A DNA stretch of 58,231 nt from a virus (IMGVR_UViG_3300033076_000421:1-58231); one strand, 5' to 3'; positions 1 to 8,180 are shown, numbered from the stretch's first letter. Program-made: numbers and translations. Notes: generated by a model from the letters alone, not told the origin.

Positions 1-66
1 CCTTTTTCCCCCCCCCCCCCCCCCCCCCCCCCCAAAAAAAAAGCCCCCCCCCCCCCCCCCCTACCC
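1..66. repeat. Poly-C low-complexity tract at contig start; a shorter C-run lies at the contig end
   Basis: Long C homopolymers at 8-33 and 44-61; the window also ends in a C-run. Likely an assembly break or sequencing artefact. Confidence 0.7.
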
Positions 67-258
67 CCTCATAGTCCAGACCTTATCCCGTCAATACCTA
101 TGGGCTTAGTGGGTGATAGCGCCACGGGCCGGAGCGCCGACATATGCGCCTAGACCAAACTCGCCTAATCCCCACAAGGTCACTAGGTAAACGGGACACG
201 CTACAAGCTCGCATCCCTAGCCCCTCTGATCACAGGTCCGTTATCGTGTCGCATCGGG

Positions 259-286
259 TTGACAGGATCGCGTCTATCTGTAGTGT
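259..286 (+). promoter_or_regulatory. Sigma70-type promoter for 326..541
   Basis: TTGACA(259-264)-N16-TAGTGT, then GGAG RBS before ATG 326. Confidence 0.55.
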
Positions 287-325
287 GAATAGCAGAGCGC
301 AATTCCGCGCTGGAGACTTATCGCC

Positions 326-541
326 ATGTTCACTACCACAATCCACGAAGGGCATATCTACGGGGAGAGCTGCGAAGGGCTCCGTGCTTACGCTGTTGAG
401 CCGATGCACAAGTTCATGTCGGACGCCACGGCCCACAAGGCCTGCTTTGATAAGACCCTTTCGGTTCTAGGGTTAGGTGGCCGGGCTTTCCGGGGTGAAG
501 CGATCAGCGACAATCAGATTTTGTGGGTTGAGGTCGAATAG
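326..541 (+). CDS. Small hypothetical protein
   Basis: 71 aa ORF with upstream promoter and GGAG RBS, and a downstream hairpin. Confidence 0.6.
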   Translation: MFTTTIHEGHIYGESCEGLRAYAVEPMHKFMSDATAHKACFDKTLSVLGLGGRAFRGEAISDNQILWVEVE

Positions 542-574
542 ACCTCACCTACTACCACACAACACACGCCTGAT

Positions 575-603
575 AGCACAGGGCCAAAACCTGGCCCTGT
601 GCT
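575..603 (+). terminator. Hairpin, putative terminator
   Basis: AGCACAGGGCCA-aaacc-TGGCCCTGTGCT, 12 bp stem after 326..541; weak U-tract. Confidence 0.5.
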
Positions 604-693
604 TAGTCATGCCAGGTTTGCTCTAGCTCGATTGCCAGCACCTTGGGGGCGTCTACCCCTTGGGGCTATGGACCATTGTATTAGCGCATAGCA

Positions 694-724
694 GAACGCC
701 CGCGCGGGTTAGGCGCGGGCGTTC
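694..724 (-). terminator. Hairpin, putative terminator
   Basis: GAACGCCCGCGC-gggttag-GCGCGGGCGTTC, 12 bp stem downstream of 753..1040. Confidence 0.55.
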
Positions 725-752
725 GTGTGTGTTGTGGGTTGTGTGTCGGCGG

Positions 753-1040
753 TTATTCGTAACGCGGACTAATGAACATCACAGTGCATGAGCCATAAGG
801 ATAGAACGCGACAGTATCGCCAATGTCCGTGCGCTTGCCGCGAACGCCTGTCATGCCGACGGCGGCTTTAGCTTTCCGCATAAGCTCGCGCTCGAATGCC
901 TTGTTGGCCTTGGTATATCCGCGAGCGCCGTCATAGCCGTAGTGGGTAAGCTCGGGCATGGTGACAGACTGGCGATTGACCCAAGAGTAATTAGCCTCTC
1001 CACCGAACGTGTCAGTCAATTCCACCGAATAAGCGTTCAT
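753..1040 (-). CDS. Hypothetical phage protein
   Basis: 95 aa ORF (ELTDTFGGEANYSWV) with its own upstream TTGACG promoter. Confidence 0.7.
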   Translation of the reverse strand: MNAYSVELTDTFGGEANYSWVNRQSVTMPELTHYGYDGARGYTKANKAFERELMRKAKAAVGMTGVRGKRTDIGDTVAFYPYGSCTVMFISPRYE

Positions 1041-1076
1041 AAGGTCATTCCCTAGCGCCTGATTGCGCTAGGCCAC

Positions 1077-1104
1077 ACACTATACACACACGCGCACGCG
1101 TCAA
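1077..1104 (-). promoter_or_regulatory. Sigma70-type promoter for 753..1040
   Basis: On - strand TTGACG-N16-TAGTGT, same architecture as the promoter at 259. Confidence 0.5.
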
Positions 1105-1108
1105 GGGC

Positions 1109-1564
1109 TTATTTACTCTTAGACTTGCCCTTCGCCACGGCGGCTTGCAGACCGTCCAGCAGCGCGCTCTTGACCGTCACGCTAGCGTCGCCGTCGCCTT
1201 CCGCGTTCGCGTGGCGAACCTGCACGTTATCGCCGTAGCGCTTGGGGTCCCATTTTGCGAGGAGCTGCATGCGGGTGTGAATGCGGAGCTTGTCGCGTTG
1301 GGCAGGAACGTCGCCTTCGACCTTGACCGGGTTGCGGCCTTCCGCGATGGCGAGGGTGTCCTCGGCGATGGCATCAAAACCCGCGGCGCGCGCACGCGTG
1401 ATGGCTTGCGCTAGGTCTTTGTCTTCTTCAGTCCAACGCCAAACGGTCGCAGGATCAGGCATTCCGCTATCCCGGCAAATCTGCGTCATCGGCTCACCAG
1501 TAGCCAAGCGCTTGCAAATGGCGGCTACAGTCGCAACGCGGTCATGTTTGGCGGCTTCGTTCAT
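1109..1564 (-). CDS. terS: Terminase small subunit (Sf6-like)
   Basis: ICKRLATGEPMTQICRDSGMPDPATVWRW HTH; RARAAGFDAIAE...KLRIHTRMQLLAKWDPKRYG is typical of Sf6-type TerS. Confidence 0.85.
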   Translation of the reverse strand: MNEAAKHDRVATVAAICKRLATGEPMTQICRDSGMPDPATVWRWTEEDKDLAQAITRARAAGFDAIAEDTLAIAEGRNPVKVEGDVPAQRDKLRIHTRMQLLAKWDPKRYGDNVQVRHANAEGDGDASVTVKSALLDGLQAAVAKGKSKSK

Positions 1565-1660
1565 AGGATAACCCTTGCCTTCAATGCCCCCAAAATAACC
1601 GCTAGGAGCGCCAAGGGCAAGGGTCAGGCGTTCTAGGCTAGTGACCTAGCGCCAGATGGG

Positions 1661-2029
1661 TCAAACCAGGTCCCATCCCTCTGGCAAGGCCTCTGCCGTG
1701 GTCCCCAGTTGTTTAGCAATCTCGCGCCGTCGAATGGCCTCCCCAACAACCTCCGCCATAAACGCCGGGTTCATTTCCGTGGCGACCTTCACGACAAGAG
1801 CATGGGACACTAGCGGGGTCGGAACCGTGCGAATGCGTCTTTCAGTGTTTAGCCCATATTTAATCCGTGCGAGCCTGACCGCCTCGGCGGCCTCCTCGAC
1901 CGTAAGAAAATATCCGAGATAGATCGGCTTCCCATTTACCGACACTTTCCCGCCCCATCGCTTTACCCCCCACTTGAGTTTGTAAACTCCGCGAACGCCT
2001 GAAGCGCCCTGACCGTCCTTGATCGACAT
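1661..2029 (-). CDS. AP2-domain DNA-binding protein
   Basis: SGVRGVY...RW...VNGKPIYLGYFLTVEEAAEA AP2 signature; no HNH part seen. Confidence 0.75.
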   Translation of the reverse strand: MSIKDGQGASGVRGVYKLKWGVKRWGGKVSVNGKPIYLGYFLTVEEAAEAVRLARIKYGLNTERRIRTVPTPLVSHALVVKVATEMNPAFMAEVVGEAIRRREIAKQLGTTAEALPEGWDLV

Positions 2030-2120
2030 TAGAAACTCCTTTCGACAATTTCAGAACCTTGCACCGTTTTCTAATCAAAGTCAACGTTTTGACCTTCAGC
2101 ACCGTTAACCACATCAAAAA

Positions 2121-2202
2121 GTGCGCACCTCCGTTGTGCATCTTCGGGTTTACTGACATAACCCCGAAGTTGCACAACTATACGGATTAGGTCGTTGCGC
2201 AC
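2121..2202. repeat. Long imperfect inverted repeat in the divergent intergenic region
   Basis: Inner arms 2133-2152 and 2159-2178 (18/20 complementary); outer GTGCGCA/TGCGCAC arms. Confidence 0.65.
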
Positions 2203-2264
2203 CTATAGATGCAAAAGTTGAAAAGTTGAGCACCATTAGGAAAAATAAAATGTTACATTTCCCA

Positions 2265-2293
2265 TTGACACAACGAAACCGTTCGGACATAGT
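2265..2293 (+). promoter_or_regulatory. Early promoter
   Basis: TTGACA-N17-CATAGT with AT-rich upstream sequence; AAAAGGA RBS before ATG 2341. Confidence 0.7.
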
Positions 2294-2340
2294 CAACGCA
2301 TCGGAACAGACCGATTCGGACAGCAAAAGGACTCGAAACA

Positions 2341-2730
2341 ATGACCGCCAACATCTATGACGCCCACGACAAATCCTTCGCCAATGTCTCGGCATGGGTG
2401 ATCCTGGACGCCCAAGGCACAAAGGTCGCTACCGTCGCTGTTAAGTATGGCGCTCGGGTCACGGCCTTCACGCACTATATCGGCGTCACCATGACGCGCG
2501 GAGGCGCGGGAGGTGGCGGCTATGACCGCACCAGCGCAGCGATTCAGGACGCGTTCGCAAAGGCAACGTCCTTTGGGCCAGATGATTACGACACGCCAGA
2601 ATCGATCGCACGTCGGGCTTCTATGCAATCGGCCCTTGACGCCTTCCGCCAAGCTCTCAACTCACACAACGGCTACCACTGGTATCAGAACCTTGAGCGC
2701 GCCGGGTATCGCGTCCTGCAAGCCGTCTGA
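2341..2730 (+). CDS. Early hypothetical protein
   Basis: 129 aa with RBS; GGGGYDRTSAA motif seen in phage early proteins. Confidence 0.75.
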   Translation: MTANIYDAHDKSFANVSAWVILDAQGTKVATVAVKYGARVTAFTHYIGVTMTRGGAGGGGYDRTSAAIQDAFAKATSFGPDDYDTPESIARRASMQSALDAFRQALNSHNGYHWYQNLERAGYRVLQAV

Positions 2731-2736
2731 ATTCGC

Positions 2737-2818
2737 CCCATTGACACAAAGCACAGACCGTCTAAACCTCAATCCCACTGGCACACACGCCAATCACCTA
2801 AAAGGACAAACCACAATG
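2737..2818 (+). repeat. ~80 bp promoter-leader-RBS direct repeat, copy 1
   Basis: cccaTTGACAcaaagcacagacc...cactggcacacacgccaat.acctaaaAGGAcaaaccacaATG, near-identical to 3902-3982. Confidence 0.9.
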
Positions 2819-3403
2819 ACTTTCCATGCCAACCTTTCCGCCGAAGCCTTCGCGCGCGCTGCTACTTGCGTCTCAGATGACAAATTCCGTCACTATATCA
2901 GCGGCGTCCAGATTGAGCCGTGCAAGTCCGGTCCCGGCGCTCTCATGATCGCAACGGACGGCTCTGCAATGGTCGTCATTCATGACCCGCTTGGCTTTGT
3001 GGAACCCGACACGTCTGCCATTATCGCCCTGCCCGCCTCGCTTATGAAGCTTTGCAAGGGCGCTGAGCGCCTTGAGATCAATGGCGATCAGGCCACGGTT
3101 GGCGGCATCACCGCCTATGGGGTCGTAGTTGACGCGACCTACCCTGACTGGCGCAGGGTCATGCCTCAAACTGGATCGAAGGGGGCCGCTGAGGGCGTGT
3201 CGTTCGATCCTGTCGTCTATGCGCGACTGGCGAAGGCGCTTGGCTATTCGCCCACAAAGTCGAAAATCAATCCCGTATCGCTATTCGGCGAAAGCGCGAA
3301 CGATCCTCACTGGATGCTAGGCTCCGATCTAAGCGCCGTTGGCGTCATCATGCCTGTGCGTAACGGTCGCACGCTCGAAGTAATCCCGGCGTTTATCGCC
3401 TAA
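2816..3403 (+). CDS. DNA polymerase III beta-clamp-like protein (short, 195 aa)
   Basis: Start moved to ATG 2816 (RBS). RHYISGV...MIATDG...DATYPDWRRVMP resembles DnaN RYYLNG/ATDG/FPDYRRV segments. Confidence 0.7.
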   Translation: MTFHANLSAEAFARAATCVSDDKFRHYISGVQIEPCKSGPGALMIATDGSAMVVIHDPLGFVEPDTSAIIALPASLMKLCKGAERLEINGDQATVGGITAYGVVVDATYPDWRRVMPQTGSKGAAEGVSFDPVVYARLAKALGYSPTKSKINPVSLFGESANDPHWMLGSDLSAVGVIMPVRNGRTLEVIPAFIA

Positions 3404-3432
3404 TTGACTGAGAGTCATCAGGGATTTTCCGA

Positions 3433-3669
3433 ATGCTGAAGTCCGTATGCGTTGATGGTAAACGTGTGAAACTCTCACCCAAACTGCCCCAAAGTGACTT
3501 GGCCTGGTTGGTCGTCCGAATGGGGATAGGCACGGCAGACTCAGAAATAGAAACGAAAATATTGGATCGGACGTCTCATTGGCCGAAATACTTACAAAAA
3601 CAGGCTGTGACGTTTTCAAAATATACCCTGACGAAAGAGCGCGATCTTGTTCGGCGCTTTCAATTCTAA
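3433..3669 (+). CDS. Hypothetical protein
   Basis: 78 aa ORF filling the operon. Confidence 0.5.
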   Translation: MLKSVCVDGKRVKLSPKLPQSDLAWLVVRMGIGTADSEIETKILDRTSHWPKYLQKQAVTFSKYTLTKERDLVRRFQF

Positions 3670-3690
3670 CCCATTGAGGAGACCTAGAGG

Positions 3691-3909
3691 ATGTTGACCT
3701 TCAATTATGTAACAGTCGTCAAAATCCTAAAAATAACCGTCACCTGGGTAATCCTGCTAGGTGGCCTGTTCGGACTTACCATCATCGCTGACCGCCTTAT
3801 TGGCGACCCCTCTGTCGTTCAACCGCTCATGTTCCTTGTGGGCATGAGCGTCGGGTCCTTTGGTTGGGTCGCATCTTTCGCAATTTGGACTGACCTTTAC
3901 ACCCATTGA
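3691..3909 (+). CDS. Small membrane protein (two TM segments)
   Basis: GAGG RBS; two hydrophobic stretches. Confidence 0.6.
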   Translation: MLTFNYVTVVKILKITVTWVILLGGLFGLTIIADRLIGDPSVVQPLMFLVGMSVGSFGWVASFAIWTDLYTH

Positions 3910-3982
3910 CACAAAGCACAGACCATCTAACCTCACACCCACTGGCACACACGCCAATTACCTAAAAGGACAAACCACAATG
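3902..3982 (+). repeat. ~80 bp promoter-leader-RBS direct repeat, copy 2
   Basis: Near-identical to 2737-2818. Confidence 0.9.
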
Positions 3983-4210
3983 CCCGCACCCACCCCACAC
4001 AACGGCTATCGCTCATGGAACGCTTGGAACGTATCGCTCTGGGTCAATAATGACGAGAGCCTTTACCGCATGGCGCATGACCTGGCCGTCAAGCACGGCA
4101 TAGGCAAAGCGGCATGTATCATGGCCCGCACGCTATCAGGTGAGCGCACACCGGACGGCGCTCAATACAACCGCGTTTCGATCCTGTCAGCCCTTGAGGG
4201 GATTGTGTGA
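3980..4210 (+). CDS. Early hypothetical protein
   Basis: Start moved to ATG 3980; NGYRSWNAWNVSLWVNNDESLY is a motif common in small phage proteins. Confidence 0.75.
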   Translation: MPAPTPHNGYRSWNAWNVSLWVNNDESLYRMAHDLAVKHGIGKAACIMARTLSGERTPDGAQYNRVSILSALEGIV

Positions 4211-4392
4211 TGATCCAGATTCCAGAGCTTGAACCGTCCTGTAACTCTTGGGTAGTTGTCCGCAAAGCGACTGGCGAACCTGTATTCGAGACACGGGGAC
4301 GTGCCACCCTCGAAAGGCTCAACCCTGACAAGGCGGAGGTCTATACGGCGCTCCAATGGCTCCAGAAGTTTAACGCAAGCGTGAAGGCTTAG
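4207..4392 (+). CDS. Hypothetical protein
   Basis: Overlaps the preceding stop (GTGATG). Confidence 0.6.
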   Translation: MMIQIPELEPSCNSWVVVRKATGEPVFETRGRATLERLNPDKAEVYTALQWLQKFNASVKA

Positions 4393-4396
4393 ACCC

Positions 4397-4657
4397 ATGT
4401 CGCAACAACCCGACTACTCGCACCGCCCAGCTATGGACGCATACATCAATGAGCGCGTCTTCATAGCCCTTCGATATTACTGGCAAGCCGTCAACAGCGA
4501 CAAGCCATCGACCTATGAGCAACTTGCCAAAGCCGACCAGGTGGCACGAGCAGAGGCTATCAGGGCACAAGCCGACTTCTTCAAGCTCGGACTCAACGCC
4601 CCTGAGCCCTTGGACGGCAACGGCTTGGATATCGATCATGAGGATTACGGACGATGA
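4397..4657 (+). CDS. Hypothetical protein
   Basis: 86 aa, operon packing. Confidence 0.6.
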   Translation: MSQQPDYSHRPAMDAYINERVFIALRYYWQAVNSDKPSTYEQLAKADQVARAEAIRAQADFFKLGLNAPEPLDGNGLDIDHEDYGR

Positions 4658-4809
4658 CTCAGAAACAATTCGACGCGCTTGTTGACCTCATGGCGGCGTT
4701 CATCGCCGATAATGAGGCTGACCGCAACGGCACTCACACAACCTCTGACACCATCGATCTTTTCCGCGCACTTGACGACGCCCGCACCCTTCTAGTCACT
4801 GAGGACTAA
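4654..4809 (+). CDS. Small hypothetical protein (51 aa, not in ORF track)
   Basis: ATGA overlap, GAGGA RBS; MTQKQFDALVDLMAAF...LLVTED. Confidence 0.6.
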   Translation: MTQKQFDALVDLMAAFIADNEADRNGTHTTSDTIDLFRALDDARTLLVTED

Positions 4810-4814
4810 CCCCA

Positions 4815-5084
4815 ATGGACATAACCCCAGACCAAACCCCCGACGCTATAGAGCCCAACACCCCACCTCTACCGATCCGACGCTATGACGCGCTCCGCAT
4901 GTTCTCGGACGCCGTGCTTGAAGCTATGGATGAGATGGCCGACGAGGTGTTCAACTCAGGTCAACCATACTTCATCGGCGGTTGGGAGGACTCAGACTTG
5001 GAGTATCTAATCCCCACGCTCGAAGCGCATTTCAACCGGCTATGGGCACGCCATCACCCCTTGGAGGCTCAAAGCGATGATTGA
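4815..5084 (+). CDS. Acidic hypothetical protein
   Basis: GAGGA RBS, 89 aa. Confidence 0.6.
   Translation: MDITPDQTPDAIEPNTPPLPIRRYDALRMFSDAVLEAMDEMADEVFNSGQPYFIGGWEDSDLEYLIPTLEAHFNRLWARHHPLEAQSDD
5063..5080 (+). repeat. 18 bp direct repeat, copy 1
   Basis: GGAGGCTCAAAGCGATGA, identical to 5502-5519. Confidence 0.85.
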
Positions 5085-5526
5085 CATTCGACCCCTAATG
5101 GCAGGTTGGGACCTGCGCGGGGTATCCTTTCACCTGGAATGCTTGAATGAAGCCGATTTGCGAGGTGCGAACCTGTGCGGATGCGACCTCAGAGAAGCGC
5201 GCATGCAGTTCACAAACCTGACTGACGCCAGTTTGAGGAAAGCCGTCATCTGTAATGCTGACTTGGCCGACGCATTCTTAATTCGTGCAGACCTTTATCG
5301 AGCGGACTTGCGACACGCCAACTTGGGCGCCGCTCGCTTGCAACAAGCCAACTTGAACGGTGCTGATCTTCGCAAAGCGAACCTATCATACGCTAATTTC
5401 AGAGACGCCAGTCTGCGCGGTGCCGATCTTCGCGGAGCGAACCTGCGCGGGGTAGATTTTACTGGGACCGACTTAACCGGAGTTCTTATGGGTAGGGTTG
5501 AGGAGGCTCAAAGCGATGAAGATTAG
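5077..5526 (+). CDS. Pentapeptide repeat protein
   Basis: Tandem A(D/N)Lxx repeats (ADLRG ANLCG ... ADLRG ANLRG). Confidence 0.9.
   Translation: MIDIRPLMAGWDLRGVSFHLECLNEADLRGANLCGCDLREARMQFTNLTDASLRKAVICNADLADAFLIRADLYRADLRHANLGAARLQQANLNGADLRKANLSYANFRDASLRGADLRGANLRGVDFTGTDLTGVLMGRVEEAQSDED
5502..5519 (+). repeat. 18 bp direct repeat, copy 2
   Basis: GGAGGCTCAAAGCGATGA. Confidence 0.85.
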
Positions 5527-5689
5527 CACAATGGCGCGTATCGCCTTGGTGATCCTGGCGCTTGGGATCCTAGCCCTAATCGCAATCAGCGGGGGATTGA
5601 ATGTCCTTCTAGGCATTCTGGCAGGCATTTTCATATGGCTTGGGTTGGGCGGATTGATCGTCGCGGCGTGCGAGGGCTTCGACCAATGA
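5516..5689 (+). CDS. Small membrane protein
   Basis: Start moved to ATG 5516 (GGAGG RBS); very hydrophobic. Confidence 0.65.
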   Translation: MKISTMARIALVILALGILALIAISGGLNVLLGILAGIFIWLGLGGLIVAACEGFDQ

Positions 5690-5898
5690 CCCAACACCCA
5701 TACCCCGAACACGGCGAGACCCTGGTCCAATACCTCTTGCGGACCCGCACCATCCCCGAGCTACTGGAGATCGTAACGCAGGGTCCCAGAGCCTCAGAGA
5801 TGGGGCCTTGGGGGTGCGGGCCTGATACCTACCAGCACTGCGCCAACATGGCCCTGGCGAGCGCCTATGCGGCCTTAACTGAGGATATGAGCGTATGA
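5686..5898 (+). CDS. Hypothetical protein
   Basis: ATGA overlap start at 5686. Confidence 0.6.
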   Translation: MTQHPYPEHGETLVQYLLRTRTIPELLEIVTQGPRASEMGPWGCGPDTYQHCANMALASAYAALTEDMSV

Positions 5899-6251
5899 GT
5901 GCCAACCCACCGCCTAAAATGTTCGAGCGCAGCAACAAACTCCCATCGGCTAAGGAGTCCAAGACCCAGATCGCTTTGACCCTACTGGCAACCGGCCTGA
6001 CCATCTATGAGGTAGCAACCCGCACAGGGCTATCCAGGCGCTATGTCGAGGGCATCAAGCGGACCATTGACCGGAACGTCTCTGAGGCCAGCTTCAAGGG
6101 CGAGTATGCTCTGAGGACCCAGCGACACGCTGACGCGCTCATAGCTCAAGGCGGCTTTGAGTCGCTCAGTGAGCGGTGCGTAGGCTACGACATGACTGGC
6201 AACCGCCGCATGGTGGCCTGCCTTCCAGTTATCAGCTACAAGCCCTATTGA
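5895..6251 (+). CDS. HTH-domain protein
   Basis: LLATGLTIYEVATRTGLSRRYV HTH pattern. Confidence 0.65.
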   Translation: MSANPPPKMFERSNKLPSAKESKTQIALTLLATGLTIYEVATRTGLSRRYVEGIKRTIDRNVSEASFKGEYALRTQRHADALIAQGGFESLSERCVGYDMTGNRRMVACLPVISYKPY

Positions 6252-6276
6252 CTACTCACCCATTTGGGTGCATCCT
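6248..6276 (+). promoter_or_regulatory. Promoter with palindromic operator
   Basis: TTGACT-N17-CATCCT; spacer contains CACCCA-tt-TGGGTG (6257-6270). Confidence 0.6.
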
Positions 6277-6315
6277 ATCACCGTTGCGGCCACCGAGCCG
6301 TGTCAAGAGGTTGAA

Positions 6316-6375
6316 ATGACTTGGCTAATTCTAGCCGTTATACTCTTTATCGTGGATCAACTGACCAATGCTTAA
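6316..6375 (+). CDS. Possible 19 aa hydrophobic peptide
   Basis: GAGG RBS; MTWLILAVILFIVDQLTNA; first ORF after the promoter. Confidence 0.35.
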   Translation: MTWLILAVILFIVDQLTNA

Positions 6376-6415
6376 TCTGAACAAGCCTAAAAACCCCATC
6401 AAGGAAATCCAACAA

Positions 6416-7240
6416 ATGCTGACCATGAACCATCATGTCGATACCCGTATCATCACTGTGACGCCTGAAATGGCACAGACCATTCTTGACCGCCACGCTC
6501 CCAATCGTCCCGTGAGCCGTCACGCGGTTGGCAAGTATGCCAGCGACATGACCTCTGGGCGGTGGGTCTATAACGGCCAGAACCTTATCTTCGACGCAGA
6601 CGGCTACTTGATCGACGGGCAACACCGCCTTCAGGCCGTGATCCAGTCCGGCGCTTCGGTTCGGATGGGTGTGACGACGGGCATCCCCCGCAATACCTTT
6701 GACACCATCGACACGGGGCGCGTGCGGTCTAACTCTGACCTGATGGGGATGCTTGGCTCCAAGGACAACCGCATGGCGGCTCTGATCGTCAAGGGCGGTT
6801 ATCTGCTGGACAGCAAGACCTCACTGACCACCATCGTCGGTCGTCACGAGATCGTGAGCTACTACGAGACCTGGCAACCCCAGATCGACCGCGTCGCTGA
6901 GTATGCTCAGAAGCACTTCAAGCGCGGCCTGATCCCTGCAAGCTCTTTGGCTATCGTCATGTTCATGGCGACCCGCCACGGGGCCTATTCGTTCGAGCCG
7001 TTTGTCGAAGGCGTCCTTAGCGGTGAGAGCCTTGTTGCTGGCGACCCGCGTCATAGTCTGCGTGAATGGGCGATCAACTCCAAGATTCGCAACGGTCGCA
7101 TCAATCCGACTTCGGCGCTTTGGGCTGTGATCCGTGCCTGGCAGGTCTGGGTCGCCAACGAGACGATCTCTGTCCTCCGCACGCCCCATAACTCCATCGG
7201 TTGGGTCAATAACTTCATCCCCGGCCAAGAGGTCGGGTGA
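6416..7240 (+). CDS. ParB/Srx-superfamily DGQHR-domain protein
   Basis: VTPEMA..IL...NRPVS...LIDGQHRLQAV; probable start ATG 6416 after AAGGA. Confidence 0.8.
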   Translation: MLTMNHHVDTRIITVTPEMAQTILDRHAPNRPVSRHAVGKYASDMTSGRWVYNGQNLIFDADGYLIDGQHRLQAVIQSGASVRMGVTTGIPRNTFDTIDTGRVRSNSDLMGMLGSKDNRMAALIVKGGYLLDSKTSLTTIVGRHEIVSYYETWQPQIDRVAEYAQKHFKRGLIPASSLAIVMFMATRHGAYSFEPFVEGVLSGESLVAGDPRHSLREWAINSKIRNGRINPTSALWAVIRAWQVWVANETISVLRTPHNSIGWVNNFIPGQEVG

Positions 7241-7398
7241 TGGATAACAAGGACCAGGTGCTAGCCCACCTCCTACGGAACGTAATCAAGCCACTCTATG
7301 ACGAGCCCGAAGCACACAGCTACAACGACGTGATGGACGCGTTCAGTCGCATCCTGAAGATCGCGGAACTCACAGAGAAGAAGGAAACTGAGCAGTGA
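7240..7398 (+). CDS. Small hypothetical protein (52 aa, not in ORF track)
   Basis: TGATG overlap upstream and GTGA overlap downstream. Confidence 0.55.
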   Translation: MDNKDQVLAHLLRNVIKPLYDEPEAHSYNDVMDAFSRILKIAELTEKKETEQ

Positions 7399-7610
7399 CC
7401 GACCATAGCAAAATGACCAAGGCCGAACTGATCGAGGCTCTGACTCTGGCCTATTCGGACATCTCGGCGCTTGAGGACATCAACGCTGACTTCATGAACG
7501 CACCGCGCCAGATGCGTTCAGACTATCCTTCCGGCTGGTGGCTCGGTGCCGCCCTGTTCGCTGCGATCCTGATTCCGTGGGTGTTCTTTGCGATGTGGAT
7601 TGTCGGCTAA
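7395..7610 (+). CDS. Small protein with C-terminal TM helix
   Basis: WWLGAALFAAILIPWVFFAMWIVG. Confidence 0.6.
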   Translation: MTDHSKMTKAELIEALTLAYSDISALEDINADFMNAPRQMRSDYPSGWWLGAALFAAILIPWVFFAMWIVG

Positions 7611-7613
7611 GAG

Positions 7614-8165
7614 ATGCCTTACGTTGGATTTAAACAAACAGAATCTACCCGCGCAAATATGCGGGCGGCTAGACTGAAGAACATCGCTCCGATTAAAGAT
7701 CGGATTTACAGGTCTATTGAGTTTGATCTCAATGGTGGGTGCTGGCTTTGGTCAGGGGCCACCAACTCCGATATCGGATATGGACAGATTTCATTTAACA
7801 GGAAGGTCGCCCGCGTTCACAGGCTGAGTTGGGAAATTCACTACGGACCAATTCCCGAAGGACTACACGTCTGTCATCGCTGTGACGTTCCTGTCTGTGT
7901 AAATCCCGACCACCTGTTTTTAGGAACGCATACCGACAACATGCGCGATAAAGTTAGGAAGGGGCGCGATTGGTGCAAACAGGGTGAAAAATGTCCCACC
8001 AGCAAATTGAAGGATTCTGACATCCCAGTCATCCTAGAAAGGATCAGGCGTGGGCATACTGACAGTCAAATCCGAGAAGATTACGGCGTGACCAGTTATG
8101 CGATTTATGCCGTAAGGAACGGAAGGACATGGAATCACATAACTGGATTTATCAAGCAAACTTAA
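7614..8165 (+). CDS. HNH homing endonuclease
   Basis: GCWLWSG...YGQI...HRLSWEIHYGPIPEGLHVCHRCDVPVCVNPDHLFLGTHTDNMRD. Confidence 0.92.
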   Translation: MPYVGFKQTESTRANMRAARLKNIAPIKDRIYRSIEFDLNGGCWLWSGATNSDIGYGQISFNRKVARVHRLSWEIHYGPIPEGLHVCHRCDVPVCVNPDHLFLGTHTDNMRDKVRKGRDWCKQGEKCPTSKLKDSDIPVILERIRRGHTDSQIREDYGVTSYAIYAVRNGRTWNHITGFIKQT

Positions 8166-8180
8166 CAGGAGCGGCACCCC

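Noticed and set aside
1-66. Poly-C tract as a biological terminal structure or G-quadruplex
   Set aside because: Long homopolymers at a contig edge are typical of sequencing or assembly artefacts and cannot be trusted without reads.
2513-2815. N-terminal extensions given by the ORF track (2513, 3860, 20647, 32005, 39715, 54890)
   Set aside because: They overlap neighbouring genes or promoters, and downstream starts have a clear RBS or stop-start coupling.
2737-3982. Direct repeats as a CRISPR array or att sites
   Set aside because: Only two close copies about 1.16 kb apart, made of promoter and RBS elements; no spacers, cas operon or integrase.
6416-7240. ParB as a sign of a plasmid-prophage lifestyle
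   Set aside because: No ParA, parS array, CI-type repressor or integrase was recognised; DGQHR proteins also occur in lytic phages.
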